Source: Podarcis filfolensis (taxonomy: Eukaryota). From it: 64,000 nt of DNA. Shown here in pieces: positions 11,773-29,400 of the stretch. The stretch lies in assembly GCA_964270895.1 (NCBI GenBank), contig OZ185438.1. The stretch is one strand, 5' to 3'. The notes below the pieces were generated by a model that was given only the letters and a program-made list of their open reading frames with translations, did not search any database and was not told where the DNA came from. The position numbers and the translations under genes were made by a program. Every line of letters begins with the position of its first letter. Within the stretch, counting starts at the first letter, position 1.

Positions 11773-12668
11773 GACTCCTTTTGTTAGATTGCTTTTTGGA
11801 TGGATAACATCCATTCTCAGGCAGATGTTGCAGCACAATGCAGCTCAATAAGTGCAAGAAAGGGCAGCTTGGACTTAGGATGAAAACTTTTCACTTGTTC
11901 CTCATGCCTTAGGCAAATCTTCTCATAAGCATTAAAAGAGCAGTTGCCTTCAACTGCTTGCTCGTGACTTCATACAAATTATTTGATTTTGATCTATGGG
12001 GCTTTCTGTACTTTGATCAACTGAAAATAGAGCTGTGGCTGGAGATTTAGGCCATGCTTAATGGGCAGCATAGAAAAGGGCATATGATCTGAACTACTCT
12101 CACACACATGCTAGACAAGTATGTGGCTGGATGGTTGAGTAGAGAAGATATTTTGCTTTACCACTTGTGTGTGGAAGCGCTATACTTTTTGCCGGATACT
12201 TGCTATGCAAGATGCCTTATTGCCATTAGCTTTGTGAAGTTATTAAAAATGAATTCTGTTTAAGGTGATAAACATCTCTGAGGGCCAATATGCTAATGTT
12301 ATCAGTGAAAACAGAAACACAGCATAACTTGTGGGAGGGTGACACTTCCTCAGAAGGTTTCCTATCACCCACCCATCTGCCTAATATCAGTGCAGGAAGG
12401 ATCCTACAGACCTTTGAGCTGCAGGTTGACAAGGAGCTCATATACTTATTCCAGTGAATATATTGTCAAACTACAAGTTTGTGGACACAAGGCAGAATTC
12501 AGCAGAGGGGGTGAAAACTAGAGTGTGTTGGTATATGGCTGGGTGGAAAAGGAAACCATCTCTTTATCAGTAAATATGACCTACAGGGCTTCATTACTGT
12601 TCAGACGTATTTTAGTGTTTAAACTCAAGAGCATAAGTAATGACATACTTTTGAAAAAAACATCGCTT

Positions 12669-13190
12669 TGTTGCTGTTGTTATTTAGTCGTGTCCGACTC
12701 TTCGTGACCCCATGGACCAAAGCATGCCAGGCACTTCTGTCTTCTACTGCCTCCCGCTGTTTGGTCAAACTCATGCTGGTAGCTTCGAGAACACTATCCA
12801 ACCATCTTGTCCTCTGTCGTCCCCTTCTCCTTGTGCCCTCCATCTTTCCCAATATCAGGGTCTTTTCCAGGGAGTCTTCTCTTCTCATGAGGTGGCCAAA
12901 GTATTGGAGCCTCAGTTTCACGATCTGTCCTTCCAGTGAGCACTCAGGGCTGAGCACTCAGGGCTGATTTCCTTAAGAATGGAGAGGTTTGATCTTCTTG
13001 CAGTCCATGGGACTTTCAAGAGTCTCCTCCAGCACCATATTTCAAAAGCATCAATTCTTCGGCGATCAGCCTTCTTTATGGTCCAGCTCTCACTTCCATA
13101 CATCACTACTGGGAAAACCATAGCTTTTACTATACGGACCTTTGTTGGCAAGGTGATGTCTCTGCTTTTTAAGATGCTGTCTAGGTTTGT
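12669..13190 (-). mobile_element. Bov-B (RTE clade) LINE, 5'-truncated 3' fragment
   Basis: Minus-strand ORFs read MPTKVRIVKAMVFPVVMYGSESWTIKKADRRRIDAFEIWCWRRLL and SLEGQIVKLRLQYFGHLMRREDSLEKTLILGKMEGTRRRGRQRTRWLDSV; (CAA)n-like tail; a 14-bp duplication at 12938-12965 shifts the frame. Confidence 0.95.
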
Positions 13191-14925
13191 TAAGTTTTAC
13201 TCAACACAGACCTATTGAAATAATGGACCTATCTTATGTTCTATTAATTTCAGTGGGTCCACTCAAGAGTAAAACTTTGTTGAATACCACCCTCAGTCTT
13301 GTGCCCATTTATAATGGGCTGTGCCCCGTGCTGCCATTTTGCTTGCACAACAGACTCTTGCTTGTAAAACAGCAACTTTCTCCTCCCCTGAAGCCCCTCA
13401 TGCATTCTCCAAAATTGATCCAGCAGATTGGTGGGTAGTGGGGAGAGGAAGCAGAAGTTCTGTTGCATGAGCAGAACACTGCCTGCAGAGTTTTGGGTGC
13501 CAGCCATAGTGTGTGTTCTTGAACAACACAATGTCACAGAATCCTTGGGCCAAATGGTTTTGTGACTTGTGTTACTGTAATTCAGAGAGCTCTGAAGTAT
13601 TATGACTTGTGCTAGTTATCCAAGGCTTTTTCTACATATACTAAAGAAAAGAGACCTACATGGTTAAAGATGCAGCAGACTCTGTACTGCTGAATACTTC
13701 CTCCTGTTAAGTTACAACATACCCAGGGCAGCAGTTAATATCAGAATTGTTTAATGAACTGAAAGATTTAATGACCCATTCAGAGAGCATCAATGCATAT
13801 AATATTATAAATTTACATTTTATTTGGAATGTTATTTCAGAATCTCTGCAAATGATTCAACAACATCACATGTGTTATCCTATCACTTCAGTATGTTTGT
13901 CGTGAAATGTAACCCCTCAGTAGGAATGTAGCACAATGAAGCTTCAATAGGCTTAAGCAAATTCTTAAGTAAAACATATAAATGGGTTATTTAATGTAAG
14001 GCTTTAGTGAGAGCCAGACTACCTATAGATATTTTTGGCTTTCTTCCTTACTCTTTTCCAGGCTAAGGCTATATGGCCTTTCATATACAGTACACATCAC
14101 TGATGCCAAAGTTAGAGGATTAAGAATACAGGCTATTCAATCTACCTAGAATAGGACTGGATAGTGCTTAACTTGATTGGATTGTTCCCAATATAATAAG
14201 CGTATTATAGAAAACAAAGTAGTGGGATTTAGTTCTGACCTTTTAAATTTCAGTTAAGTTGCTTGGTGTTAATACTTTGAGTAAAAACTTGAGCAGCAAG
14301 TTACTACAAATAAGTTTTACAGGCAAAACACATCACCCTTTTTGCATCCTGTTGCTTCATTCACATGTGCACGTGATAATGAAGTTGCTTGTAAGCAAAT
14401 AGCGTGTTTCTGCCCAACTATGTGCTCAATTATTCCAATAAAATGGTAGCAAGTTGAACTGAGGCGATTCACTTGTAACTATGTGTTTCGGGGTAGTTGT
14501 GTTTCTGTTCTGCTATCCACACCTTTTTCATTTCAACACACCATTCTGGTATCTGGTTAGTCTTAATACTTACATAGCCCTGAACTGAATGCTTTCACAC
14601 TGATCAAAAAAATCCTGACGTCTGGCTTGCTTTAGTTATTAAAAAACAACAACTAGGTTCTTCATTTAACCTTTTGCCAAGCTAGTGGAGGTGCTGCTTT
14701 AAATATTCAATTTTTAAAATTAATTTTCATATATACAAATGTTTTACAACTAGAGTGATTACCTACAATTAATACATCTTTTAGGCTCCTGAAATTGGTT
14801 TTCATACAAGGTAATAGATAACCGTGAGTGTTTGTTGTTGTTGTTTTTTGATAGATTAGCCTTTATAGGTTCAGAAATGTCAGATATACAGCAGGCTATG
14901 TAGGTTCTAATACAGTTATAGTAAC

Positions 14926-18860
<3,935 letters not shown>

Positions 18861-19101
18861 CTCAAGCTGGTCTTCCTCTCCATTCTTCTTTCCTAAGTAG
18901 CTCTGCTTTCCTCTGGACCACACTAGTGAGGCCAAGAGTGGGGTCTTGTTGTATGGGGAAGCCCAGAACCTCTGTTCACACTGCCCAGGCTTGCGTCCTG
19001 GGGAGGTCACTTTAGTGCTGCAAACGCAGCAGTTAACTTCACCCCTGGAGGCACACTCCATTGTATCTCCAGGCAGACCGATACCAACAACAAAAAGAGA
19101 A

Positions 19102-19225
19102 GAGATTCTTGATTTCAGGGTCGTAGGTTCGAGCCCCACATTGGCCTAAAAGATTCCTGCAAATCACAGGGGCTAGACTAGATGACCCTCGTGGTCCTTT
19201 CCAACTATGCAATTATATGATTCTA
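19102..19225 (+). mobile_element. tRNA-derived SINE with CR1-type tail (Squam3-like), 5'-truncated
   Basis: B-box GGTTCGAGCCC, then AAAGATTCCTGCA..GACTAGATGACCCTCGTGGTCC..TCCAAC..TATGATTCTA. Confidence 0.75.
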
Positions 19226-19402
19226 CCATCCTGGCAGACATTCAGGCCGCAGGGTGAGTGGGCATGAACCGCACAGAAACAACCTCAATGGGGAACCACC
19301 GGTGTCCCCCATTAATGCCTCTACCCTCGACCGTTCAGCGGCGACCAGTTTTACTATTTCCCAAGCAGACGTTTTAACAGGAGTAGGGAGAAGAGGTTTT
19401 AC

Positions 19403-19480
19403 CTGAGGTCCAGAAAGCAGATACGGGGAGAAGAGAAAACAGAAGGCAGCAAGGCGCTCCTCCCAAAACATCCGGCGCAG
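19403..19480 (-). other. TRAPPC2: Putative TRAPPC2 non-coding first exon; 5' end approximate
   Basis: Minus-strand donor CAG|GTAAAC at 19403/19402 at the edge of the CpG island. Confidence 0.55.
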
Positions 19481-19593
19481 AGTGATGTCGTCATAGAGAC
19501 CACCCCTTTTATTGGTTGATTCTGATGGGCGGGTCTCTCAGCGGCGAGTTGTCGCGAGAGTTCTGCAATAGCGACGTGCTTGGCTGAGCGCTA

Positions 19594-19607
19594 GTAACCG
19601 CGGCAAC
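19594..19607. promoter_or_regulatory. RFX X-box motif
   Basis: GTAACCGCGGCAAC fits GTNRCC-N(0-3)-RGYAAC, upstream of a ciliary gene. Confidence 0.65.
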
Positions 19608-22472
19608 GAGAGCCTCGAAGCGGCGGTTGGGAGCGACTGGCAGTTGGGAGTGGGGCGGGACCTTGAGAAGCGCGTCTGCGCGAGGCCGTTGGAAGAGGCT
19701 CTCGTCGCGCCTCAGAGGCGACTTCACGGCCGGCCGCTGCCTCCCTTTTTCTGCCCGTGTCAGAACTTCCCCGCTCTCCTCGCCACAAAATAGACCCTGA
19801 AACTCGGAAGGAGGAGCTGAGAAGGGCCCCGCCGCCTCGCCTCAGGAGTTGTGCCCGGTCGGCTTCCTGAAGCGCCTCTCCTTGACCAGAGAAGCGTAGC
19901 CGCTTCCTTTCGCGGCCGCCCTCGCGATACGACCAGGCGGGCGGGGAGCAGAGTTCGCTTCTCGAGGCCGGCCAGAAAGCAGGCGGGGAGCGAAAGGTCT
20001 AGCAAAGAGGTGGGCTAGTAGGAAGGGTCGTTTAAACAAAACAAAAAAGCGGAAGAGAATGTGCTCTGGACTGCGCGCAACTCGCATTGTTATTATTGGT
20101 ATTATTTATAAGGTGTCTGAAGTTTCCTAGGGACTACAAAAAAGGTCGGGAGACTCAACCTGTAGACTAGCTTACCCCCTAGTTCGTTTCACAATTGAAC
20201 AGACACCGTACAGTATTGGGGAATGGGTAGGAAACGGGAAAAACCCTGGCGTTGCCCACTGCTAACATGGGCTGTATTAAATTGGCTTGCATCTAGTAGT
20301 TAAATGAAATAGGCAGCTCGTATACTTGCAGCTGTGACAATAGCTCCTCCTCCAGGGCAAGAAGATGTATTTTCTTTCTCTTTCTTTCCCCACTTCCCAT
20401 TTACCAGGGCACTGGATGGAGATAACAGGGAGGCAAACTTACAGGATGAGCTGTTTGACAGAGGCGCATATTGTCTCAGGAGGTAGTGGTGCATGCACAC
20501 AGCCAGGACTTTTTTGGGGGGTGGGTGGGAAGGATTTATGTTAGGGGGCAGAACCAAGCTATCTATGATGTGATTGGTCAGTTAAGTATTTGTATTTACT
20601 TGATTTAGGGGTAGCAGCTGCCTCTCTTTGGCTACACCTATGTGGTGGTGAATTCTTGTAGGTGTTTAAGTAGAGATGGCTGTCACAGGTGTTGTAATCC
20701 TGATATGTTGTTGAGCAGGTCTAGGTGACATCTCAGATTCCTTTCAGTTCTGTTATTCTAGAACCTTAAAACAATTGTGTCACCACATACGTCAATTTTC
20801 TGTTGATTCTGAATGTTATGTATATTGTAATTTTTCACAGGTAGAACAATCTGAGTCGGCCCTGGGTCACAACAAATTCTCAATTTCACCCACAGGCTTG
20901 CCAACCAGGATGAAAAGCAGTGTTTAGAAACTGAGATATGAAAGCTAGGAGATAAATGGCACCTTAAACCTAGGTTATGGGCCCAACAACGGAATGTCTA
21001 GGCATGCTTTTTAAAAAAAGAATACAAAGTTGAAAATGAATGAACTACAGCATAAATAATTCTGTTCATTTTTCACATGGTGTCTTTTCCTTATACTGCC
21101 AACCCCCTTAGTATTATTAAGAGGGTCTCTTTTCCAGTCTTCAGAGAGTAGCTGGAAGTGGGGAGGCAGAAAAAGGTCCTCCTCTCCTTCCACTCTGCAG
21201 TTCTAATCTGAAATCCTAGGTGCAGCACTGTGCCCAGAGCCCAGAAACTGCTCACGCTAATGAATTTCCCTGTCACAAAATGTGCCTAGAACAATGGGAG
21301 TTTCGAACACTGATGAAAAGGGGGGGGGGGTTTGCTCTAAGCTGCCATAGCAGAGAGGTACAAATCAGCCCCGTGGATAGGACTAAGATCCAGTGAATCC
21401 TACCTCACCCCTTGTAGTGCCCATTTCAGGCCTCATGCTGGCTACTCTCTGTGGTAACACAACTGGCAGAAGCATTGCTATGTTTACCACAGCTGTATAA
21501 TGCAAGGGTTGACTTCGTTGTGACACTGGTCAACCCACCCATTGGGAATTGAGCCTATTATATCTGCTGTACTGGCTTAATCCCCACTTCTGTTTCTTGT
21601 TCATTTTAGAATGTGAAAGAATATTGGGAGGTGGGATGGAATGTTACGTACATTTTGTGCACAGTAAAAGTGAGCATGTTTTAATGTATGGTCCTAAGTA
21701 TATTTATTCAGAAGTCACTGAATTCTATGGGCCTTGTTCCTTGGTAAACACATATAGGACTGCATTCTAGTTCTGTATATTTTAGGGGCATTCAAAGTAT
21801 GCTTTTGATGTTCCGGTCGTTTCATTCATACAGAATATAACATTAAAGAATCATGTGCATTAAAGAAACAAAATAATTATAGAAAGTTCATTAGGCTGTT
21901 CAGACATCAATAAGGCACCCTTCTTTAATTATGATGTGTGCTTCAATCCTATCTTCAACCTTCCTTGCTTCTGTTACCCTTTACACTGCCTCAATCCCTA
22001 ATCAATCTCCTTGCAAACCCATTTTAAAATTTCCATCCCATTGGGATCGAACCTACAGTATTCATATAATTTTGAGACCTTCATTTTTTTAAATGGACAA
22101 GTCTCCAGTTCTTTGCCATTGCAGTTTCAATGCTTTGAATAGAACAGCTGGCAACAGAAAAACATAGGAAAGTGGCTTAGGTATATAACTAATCATGTCT
22201 GTTTACTTCCTTTGTTGAATACTGTTTTTGTAAGTATGAGGATGTTTGTTGATGGTAAATGTAAGCTACACTTCACTAATTGATAGCCCTGCATTTGCAA
22301 CTCAAATAAACATGTTGATTTGATGCATGCTGCTAAGAGTCACTTAAGATTTTGAAATTCGGGGTTTTGATATGCGATTATTAAAAGGCTGGCAACATTT
22401 CTGTTACCATGGCTTGTGTTTTTGGTTGTCTGCAAAAATAGCAATATTGTTTTCTCATGTTTTCAGGTCCTA

Positions 22473-22568
22473 ATGTCTTCAGATGAATTTCCAGCTCTGT
22501 CACAAGATGAACTCAGGAGAAGACTATATCAGACATTTAAGAGCCGAGGTGTTTTGGATTCACTTAAG
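22473..22568 (+). CDS. OFD1: OFD1 exon 2 (exon begins at 22467)
   Basis: [32 protein letters not shown]. Confidence 0.9.
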
Positions 22569-23360
22569 GTATTTGATATAATTAAGCAATATTAAAATAA
22601 GGGTTTTAATTTATTAAGCAGTATTTATACCCTGCCTACTCACTGAAATTCTCAAGGCAGCTTTCAATATATTTAAAGCACAATAAAGTAGACATTGATA
22701 CAGTAGTCACAACTGTAGGGCAAAGGTGTATGTATATAAGCCATGAAATTATGAGATATATTGAAAGAAATATTACTGCCAGATTTTCTCTTGATGTATT
22801 GCTTGACTGTTCAATGCGTAAAGCATTATACACACCAGTGTAACACAAGGTTTGAGTACACTTAACATATGAAAGTCTTAAACTTTTTTCAATTTATTTA
22901 ATGTTTCTTTTTCACTTTTTCTTCTAGAAATCCCAGTTAACAATAATATAATTTTTTCTTTGTGCCAGACACAGCTTCGAAACCAGCTCATACATGATCT
23001 TATGAATCCCATTTTAAGTGGAAAAATTCAGCCACAAGCTGTTTCTAGTGAATGCAGTTCATTGTTAATTGGTGCTTCTAACAGTCTGGTGGCAGATCAC
23101 CTGCGCAGATGTGGCTATGAATATTCACTGTCTGTCTTCTATCCAGAAAGTGGGTTAGAAAAGGATAAGGTAAGTACCTTCTTTTGAAGGATGTGTTAAA
23201 TTATGCTCAGTACATAAATGAAGTCCTGTTTATCCAGTGCAGTTATTACATTGTCTATCAACCTATCTAGACCATCTTTAGTCCAAAAATGCATTTGCCA
23301 TTTTTTACTAAGAAAGTAAGTGTAGCCCAGTAACAGATCCCAGCTATCTTACTGAACACC

Positions 23361-23402
<42 letters not shown>

Positions 23403-26400
23403 GGGCCATGCACACATTGACCCCCTAGAATCCTCAAACAATTTATAACACCACCACCCCAGAAGAGCATAACAGTGTGTGTGTGTGTGTGTGTGTGTAC
23501 ATTTTTTATGTAACTACAAACAGTCCAAAAGTGGGTGTAAGAAAGCCTGTTGACTTGCCAGCAGCAGGAGACAGAAGGATCTGTTTCTGCTAGGATCAGG
23601 CCTTTAATTAGTCTTGGAAATCTCAGGAAGAAGACATTATGGGTATGTACAGCAGGATCAGGTTCATTTGTGTAGGGCAGGCACCCCCAAACTCGGCCCT
23701 CCAGATGTTTTGGGACTACAATTCCCATCACCCCTGACCACGGGTCCTATTAACGATGGATGATGGGAGTTGTAGTCCCAAAACTTCTGGAGGGCTGAGT
23801 TTGGGAATGCCTGATGTAGGGTCTTCTTTCCAATGCCTACTGAAGGTCAAATGGTCCCACAAAACATCTAAAGTAAAGAGAAGAAACCACTTCAGAATGA
23901 ATGCTGCTGATTGCAAAGTTAATTACAGTTGGATCAGCCAGCTTAGAAGCAGTCTGAGATATATTATGGTAAAATCTGGGAAAGACTTTGTGCATGCATG
24001 ACTGAGTGACTGTTTCTGAGCCTCTGAAGGTGAGACATTGTGTATGTGTGAACTGTGTGTGTATGCAAGAGTGAATGTTTGTAAGACTCAATGCGAATCA
24101 TTGTGAAACTGTGTTAACTTCTGAGTGCCTATGTGTTTGGCTGCAAAAGTGTGTATGATGGCATGCAATAATTGGCCTTGATATAAACAGTGAAGGTATA
24201 TGTGACATCCCAATCATTATCTCATTTTGATTTTGTTGGCTTAGTTGTTTAACTTTTTGTTTTGACAATATGGATTGTCAAATGTATAATTGAGAGTTAT
24301 CCGGTTTCTTTATCTCCTTATAAAGGCGCTCACCATGCAAGATTTACTACAACTGATAAGGATCAATCCAAAGACTGATCTTTACAAAGCACTGGTAAAA
24401 TAATCTTATTTCTGGCAATCTTATTTTTTGTTAAGCATTGGGTAGATAAGAATGCAATCAAAATCCTCCACCTGTGCTGTGGATGAGGGTTAGGATAAGG
24501 TGGTAGAGAGCCTTTGCTGCACAGCTGCGAAGGCCCTACTGCACTCTGTGGAGTGGGAAACTATTAGTGGTTGTTCTCTCACTGGCAGAAGCCTTCAGAA
24601 AAGCCCCAAAGGGAGTACTGTGGGATGCCGACTGATCCTCAGACCCCTCTGGTGCACCTGCCTGGAATTCACACAGCAAAAAAGGGGGAAGGATATGCCC
24701 ATAGCTTTTGCCCTGGCCAGTGGGAGTGGCAGGGCTTGGGGCGTGGCAGCTACTTTGCAGCTCTTCAGATGGAGCTCGGGACTGCGGTATAAATTGACTA
24801 ATTTTTTTTTTTTTTTCCAGATTTCAGCTTCAGAAAAAGAGAATACAAAAGGTACAGCTATAATGTACATATATTCTAAGTAAGTTCAGATTGTAGGCCA
24901 CAGTCCAAAGATATTGTGTGTGTTTAAAATTTTGCACACGTGTTTAAACAATTTAATTAATTGTTTAAATAACAGTTAACTGAAAACTGGGTTTAACTCA
25001 AAACCTCCAGGGTAGTTTAATTTTTTTAATGTTAATAATAAGAGTACAGCAGTTAAAAACAGATGGAAACATTTGACATTAAAATAAGTGACCAGTGGTT
25101 TCTTTGACATTTTCACATAAGCAGATCCTGCTGCTGAAGAGGCTAGCTGCCGTTTGGAAGAGACGAGTTGAACAGCAACTTTGGATAGCATACATAAATA
25201 TTTAGACAGAAAAACAAAATAATGCACATTTTGTGGCCACCTGAAGCCTGTGTGCAGCAATATCAAAATATAATACAAATACAAGAAAAAGTAGCATCAG
25301 TAGCCATCACAGACCTTGCTAAACAAAAAAAATTTCTGCATGTGCTGGAGTTGCCTCATTGTTGGCGCATGCCTTATTTCTAGGGATGACAATTTGGGAG
25401 AGTGGACACAGCCAGGGAAGGCCCTCTTCCTGGGTAATCCAAGTGGATGTCTTCTGGCTGTGGCTTATCCATGAAGGCCTTTGTAGGTGATGTTAGGGAG
25501 TGGGCAGATTTGCGTAGGTGAAGATGTTCACTTTGATAACCTGGTCCCAAATTGTTTAGGGCCTTATACATTAATACCCAAAACTTGGTGCAGTAGCAAA
25601 TTAGCAGCCAGGGCAGTTCCTTTAAAACTGGTGTTAGATGTCTGCACCCATGCATATCAATTAGTAACCTAACTGCTTCATTCTGCACAGCTTCTAGACC
25701 AATGTTATGGCAGCCCCATGTAGAACACATTGCATTAAAAGAGTATTGAGGTTACCGGTGCCTGGGTCACTGCAGCAAGACTGTCTCTAGGAATGGCTGC
25801 AGCTGGCATATCTACTGAAGCTGGTAGAAGACACTCATTTCCCCTGGAGCCACATGAGCCTCCAGTGTTAATGATGGATTCAGAAGCACCCCAGTGTATG
25901 AACCAGCTCCTGCAGAGCAAGTGCAACCTTATCCAGACCAGGCAAATTGCCTGATTCCTGGACCTGGGGACCACCTACTCACAAGACCTCCATCTTGCCT
26001 TGCTGGGTTTCTTTTTATTGGCCCTCATCTATACCACCACTACTCTCAGTCACTGATTCTGAATCTGCACAGCTCCTGATTCAGATGTTACAGAGAAATA
26101 AGAAGCACTCCCTTAATGACCATTCCCAACAGCTTTATATAAATGTTGAATAGTAGTGTGGACAAGATGGTTCCTTTCATAACTGCTAACAAACTGTTAC
26201 CTAATGCTATCTGTGGAACCAGCCCCACAAATAGTGGTAGCACTGCAGAAGAGTGTCCCCTGCTCCCAGCTTGCAAGGCCGAACCAGCAGGAAAGCATTG
26301 TTGATAGTATCAAAAGCAGCTGAGTGGTAGAGTAAGAGGGTTACACTCCCCTATCTCTCTCCTGATAAAGAACATCCAGGATGATCAAGACCAATGGAGT

Positions 26401-29400
26401 CTCATAACTAGGCCTGAACCCAGACTAAAATGGGTCTAGATAATCTGCTTTCTCCAGGAGTACCTGGAACTGGGCAGCCAGCACACTCTCAAACAACTTC
26501 CCCATAATATGGGTGTTGGCAACCATATGTACATGTTATATGTTAAAAATGTACATGTATTGAAATGTTTCAGATATTTTTAGTTGTTTTTTTTAAAAAT
26601 ATATATTTTTATGTATTATTTGCTACCATAGGCTCTTTTTGAAGAAATTTTAAAAATAAGAGGGACAGCTTTTTTTTCTTTAGAATTGTTCAACGTCCAT
26701 TCATTGGTACTCTTTTACTGTTGCAAAATAATATTTATTCCTTCTTAAGTTTGAAACTTTTCATTTGTTGGAGAAGAGATGTGTGATTAATGGTGTATCT
26801 CTAAGGCTTTCTTGTACAGATATTAACTGAACTGATAGACCATAGCCTGCATAAGCAGATCTGCAGCACAGAAACTCAGACCAGTCCCACACCTGGTAAA
26901 GAATCTCTTGGTAAGTGGAGTTACTGCAGTTGCTTTATCCTCAGACTTTAGCTATTTATATATTCAGCCTTAAGAAAGAGAATACTGTAGCATCTGTTCT
27001 GTAGCCTTGCTTTCATACTGCTTCTGACATAACTCTTTACTAACTGGAGTATATGTGCACCTTTTTACCTTTAAAAAGCATATAATCCTTCAAAAAAGTT
27101 GGGAAAGCTTTTAGCTAAGAAGGAGTTGCACATATTTATATGTTGCAGTTTCTAAATGTGGATCAAAACATAATCATGGGTTCACATTTCAACACAATAT
27201 GGTTGTGAGTTTTGTGCTTTGAGAGAAAACAGAAACATTGAAAATGGTGTCTTCCCTACAGCGAGTTCTCTGGAAAGATAGGTATGTGATTGCATAGGTA
27301 TGTACTAGACTGGTCCAATGAATTTGCTACACCTAGCAGCTGCACAAGTGTAGAACAAAAATAGCAGAATTATCCCCCCCCCAAAAAAAAATATCTTGCA
27401 GGGTTAAAAAGTAGACTAATGTATACACCAGTCACATCATCCTCTTCTACTTCCTGCACCTGCAGCCCAACTCTATGGTTGTGGGAAATAGGTTATTTTC
27501 CATTTTAGCCATTGCAGAATATCCTTTATCATGACTGTACTGTATACTCCAAAACACTGCATAGGACAGAAAACATATTTCAGATGAACAGATCTAACAC
27601 AAATCAAATACTAGCCCAAGCAATCTATTCATAGAATGGAAGTTAGGATGGAATACAGATGCAGTCTGGAGTACAGTGGCATCTATTTAAGCTGGACATA
27701 GTTTCAGGCTGCTAGATACCTGATTTATTTCTGTATTGTTTTCTCTCTTTCATTTATTCCTTGGTGCTCTTTTTAGTAGAGGTTCGTCATAGCTTTATGC
27801 TTTCAGACCCTTTCCCCCTCTGCAGAGGCAGGGGACCTATTAGTTTGGCCTTCCCTTGGAGGCTGATGGCTTCCAGGTAGCTCTTGGGGATTTTCCGACT
27901 CATATGACTGGTGCTTCTTTTGAGGCCCTGGCTAATTAGTGTAATATGTGAATGGTGCAGGCTGTTGACACAGCCAGTCACCATTGAGTGCCCTCTGCCA
28001 CTTTTCAGTGCTTACTTCCTGCTTGTGGAATGCTCTCTAAAGGGACTTTTGTCTGGTGCTATATTTATCTGTTAGGCACCAGGCAAAGACTTCCTTTTAA
28101 CCTAAGCTTTAGGTCATTAATTTGAAGATTTTAAAAAGTATTTGTGGGCTCTTTGGGGAGGGGGCAGGATCTGTAAGACATGTCTCTTATTTCTATAGAT
28201 GTGTGATTTGGGATGGGGGGAGTTATTGATGGTGTTTATTGTAACTGGTTTTAGTATTTCTTATGTTTCCATGAGTAAAGCAACCAATAAATATAAATCA
28301 TCATTGGCATCATAGCATAATAAAATGAAGTAGGAGAGCTGGCCCCTATAAAAATGTCAACAGTGTAAATTTCTTTTGTTTAGCATGATCACATATAATG
28401 GAACAATGCCTTTTATATATTTTTTCATAGCTGAGAAACTTCAACTGATTGATGAACAGTTTGCAGACATGTATCCTCAGTGCCACAAATCTGAGTCGTT
28501 CGAAGTAAAACTTGCTGAATATAGAAAAGAAGTAGAACAACAGCTTCAAGAGGAAATGTCTCAGAAGGTGAAGGGAAAATGGGAGGAGAGGCAATGATGT
28601 TTTGTCAGTCTTAATGCAAATTTTCATGTGCCTATTTGATGCTTTTGTTAGTACAACAATTTACTTATTCTCAGAGTACACAAAATACATGAAGGAAAAG
28701 CAGAGGACAAACATTTATTGAGCAAGACATGGCTGTTTACATTATGATTAGTAGGAGTAATCATTGGGATTAGTTGCAGGATCAACTAAATGCTCTGTCT
28801 CAGTTGCTTGCTCACTTAACGGCCAAACTTACATTAAACAGGAGATCTGTGATTAGATCACTTTTTCTTTAAAAACTATAGAAAGTGACTTGGATCAGGG
28901 CTATAATGTGGCTTAATCCTTGCATGCATCAGTGCTTGCTGCAAATGCCTGTTCACCCAACAGCTGCTTTTAGGAAAAGGAAAATTGGGAGATCTGATTA
29001 GTTGTAGAGCAGTGGATTTACCATGGTACTTTATCACATTCTTACACAGGAGGGATTTGCTAGTCACAAGAATTAGCCATCTACCTGTGATCTAATGTTT
29101 TTATGTGACAGTTGACACTTATAATTTTATTTTGAATGCCACAGTTGCAACACTTCAAAGAGGTTGAAATAGCCAAAATTAAGATGGACGAGAGAGCACA
29201 ATCCCAGAAAGAGATTTCAGAGCTTCGTAAAGAATTTGAAAAAGTTCACAGAGCCAAGTCAGAGGCTCTAAGCTCTCGAGAAAGAAATGCTATTGAGAGG
29301 CTTCAGAAGCAGCAAGAGGTAATGTTTGAAAAAATTGAACTAAATAGAATGGAGGAGTTGGGAGGTTTTATCCTATATCAAGAGCCATACTGGGAAATGT

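Larger units (their letters stand above)
19400..20010. promoter_or_regulatory. CpG-island bidirectional promoter of TRAPPC2 and OFD1
   Basis: CpG-rich; head-to-head genes; inverted CCAAT (ATTGG 19511-19515), GC boxes, TGTCGCGAGA (19550-19559), X-box (19594-19607). Confidence 0.85.

Noticed and set aside
12661-12669. CATCGCTTT next to the Bov-B tail resembles the sequence I would expect just beyond the truncation point
   Set aside because: Depends on a recalled consensus; 9 bp and no matching TSD at the other end.
19102-19145. tRNA-like B-box sequence
   Set aside because: Lacks the A-box and 5' half and continues into a CR1-type tail, so it is a SINE and not a tRNA gene.
20841-20973. Possible extra OFD1 5' UTR exon (acceptors at 20840 and 20895, donor near 20974) with three short uORFs
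   Set aside because: Splice signals of this strength occur by chance and there is no other support.
22403-22416. GTTACCATGGCTTG, partial X-box near the OFD1 exon 2 acceptor
   Set aside because: The right half-site lacks the required AAC.
23267-23731. 154-aa minus-strand ORF
   Set aside because: Built from microsatellites and a MITE (HTHT, VCVC repeats).
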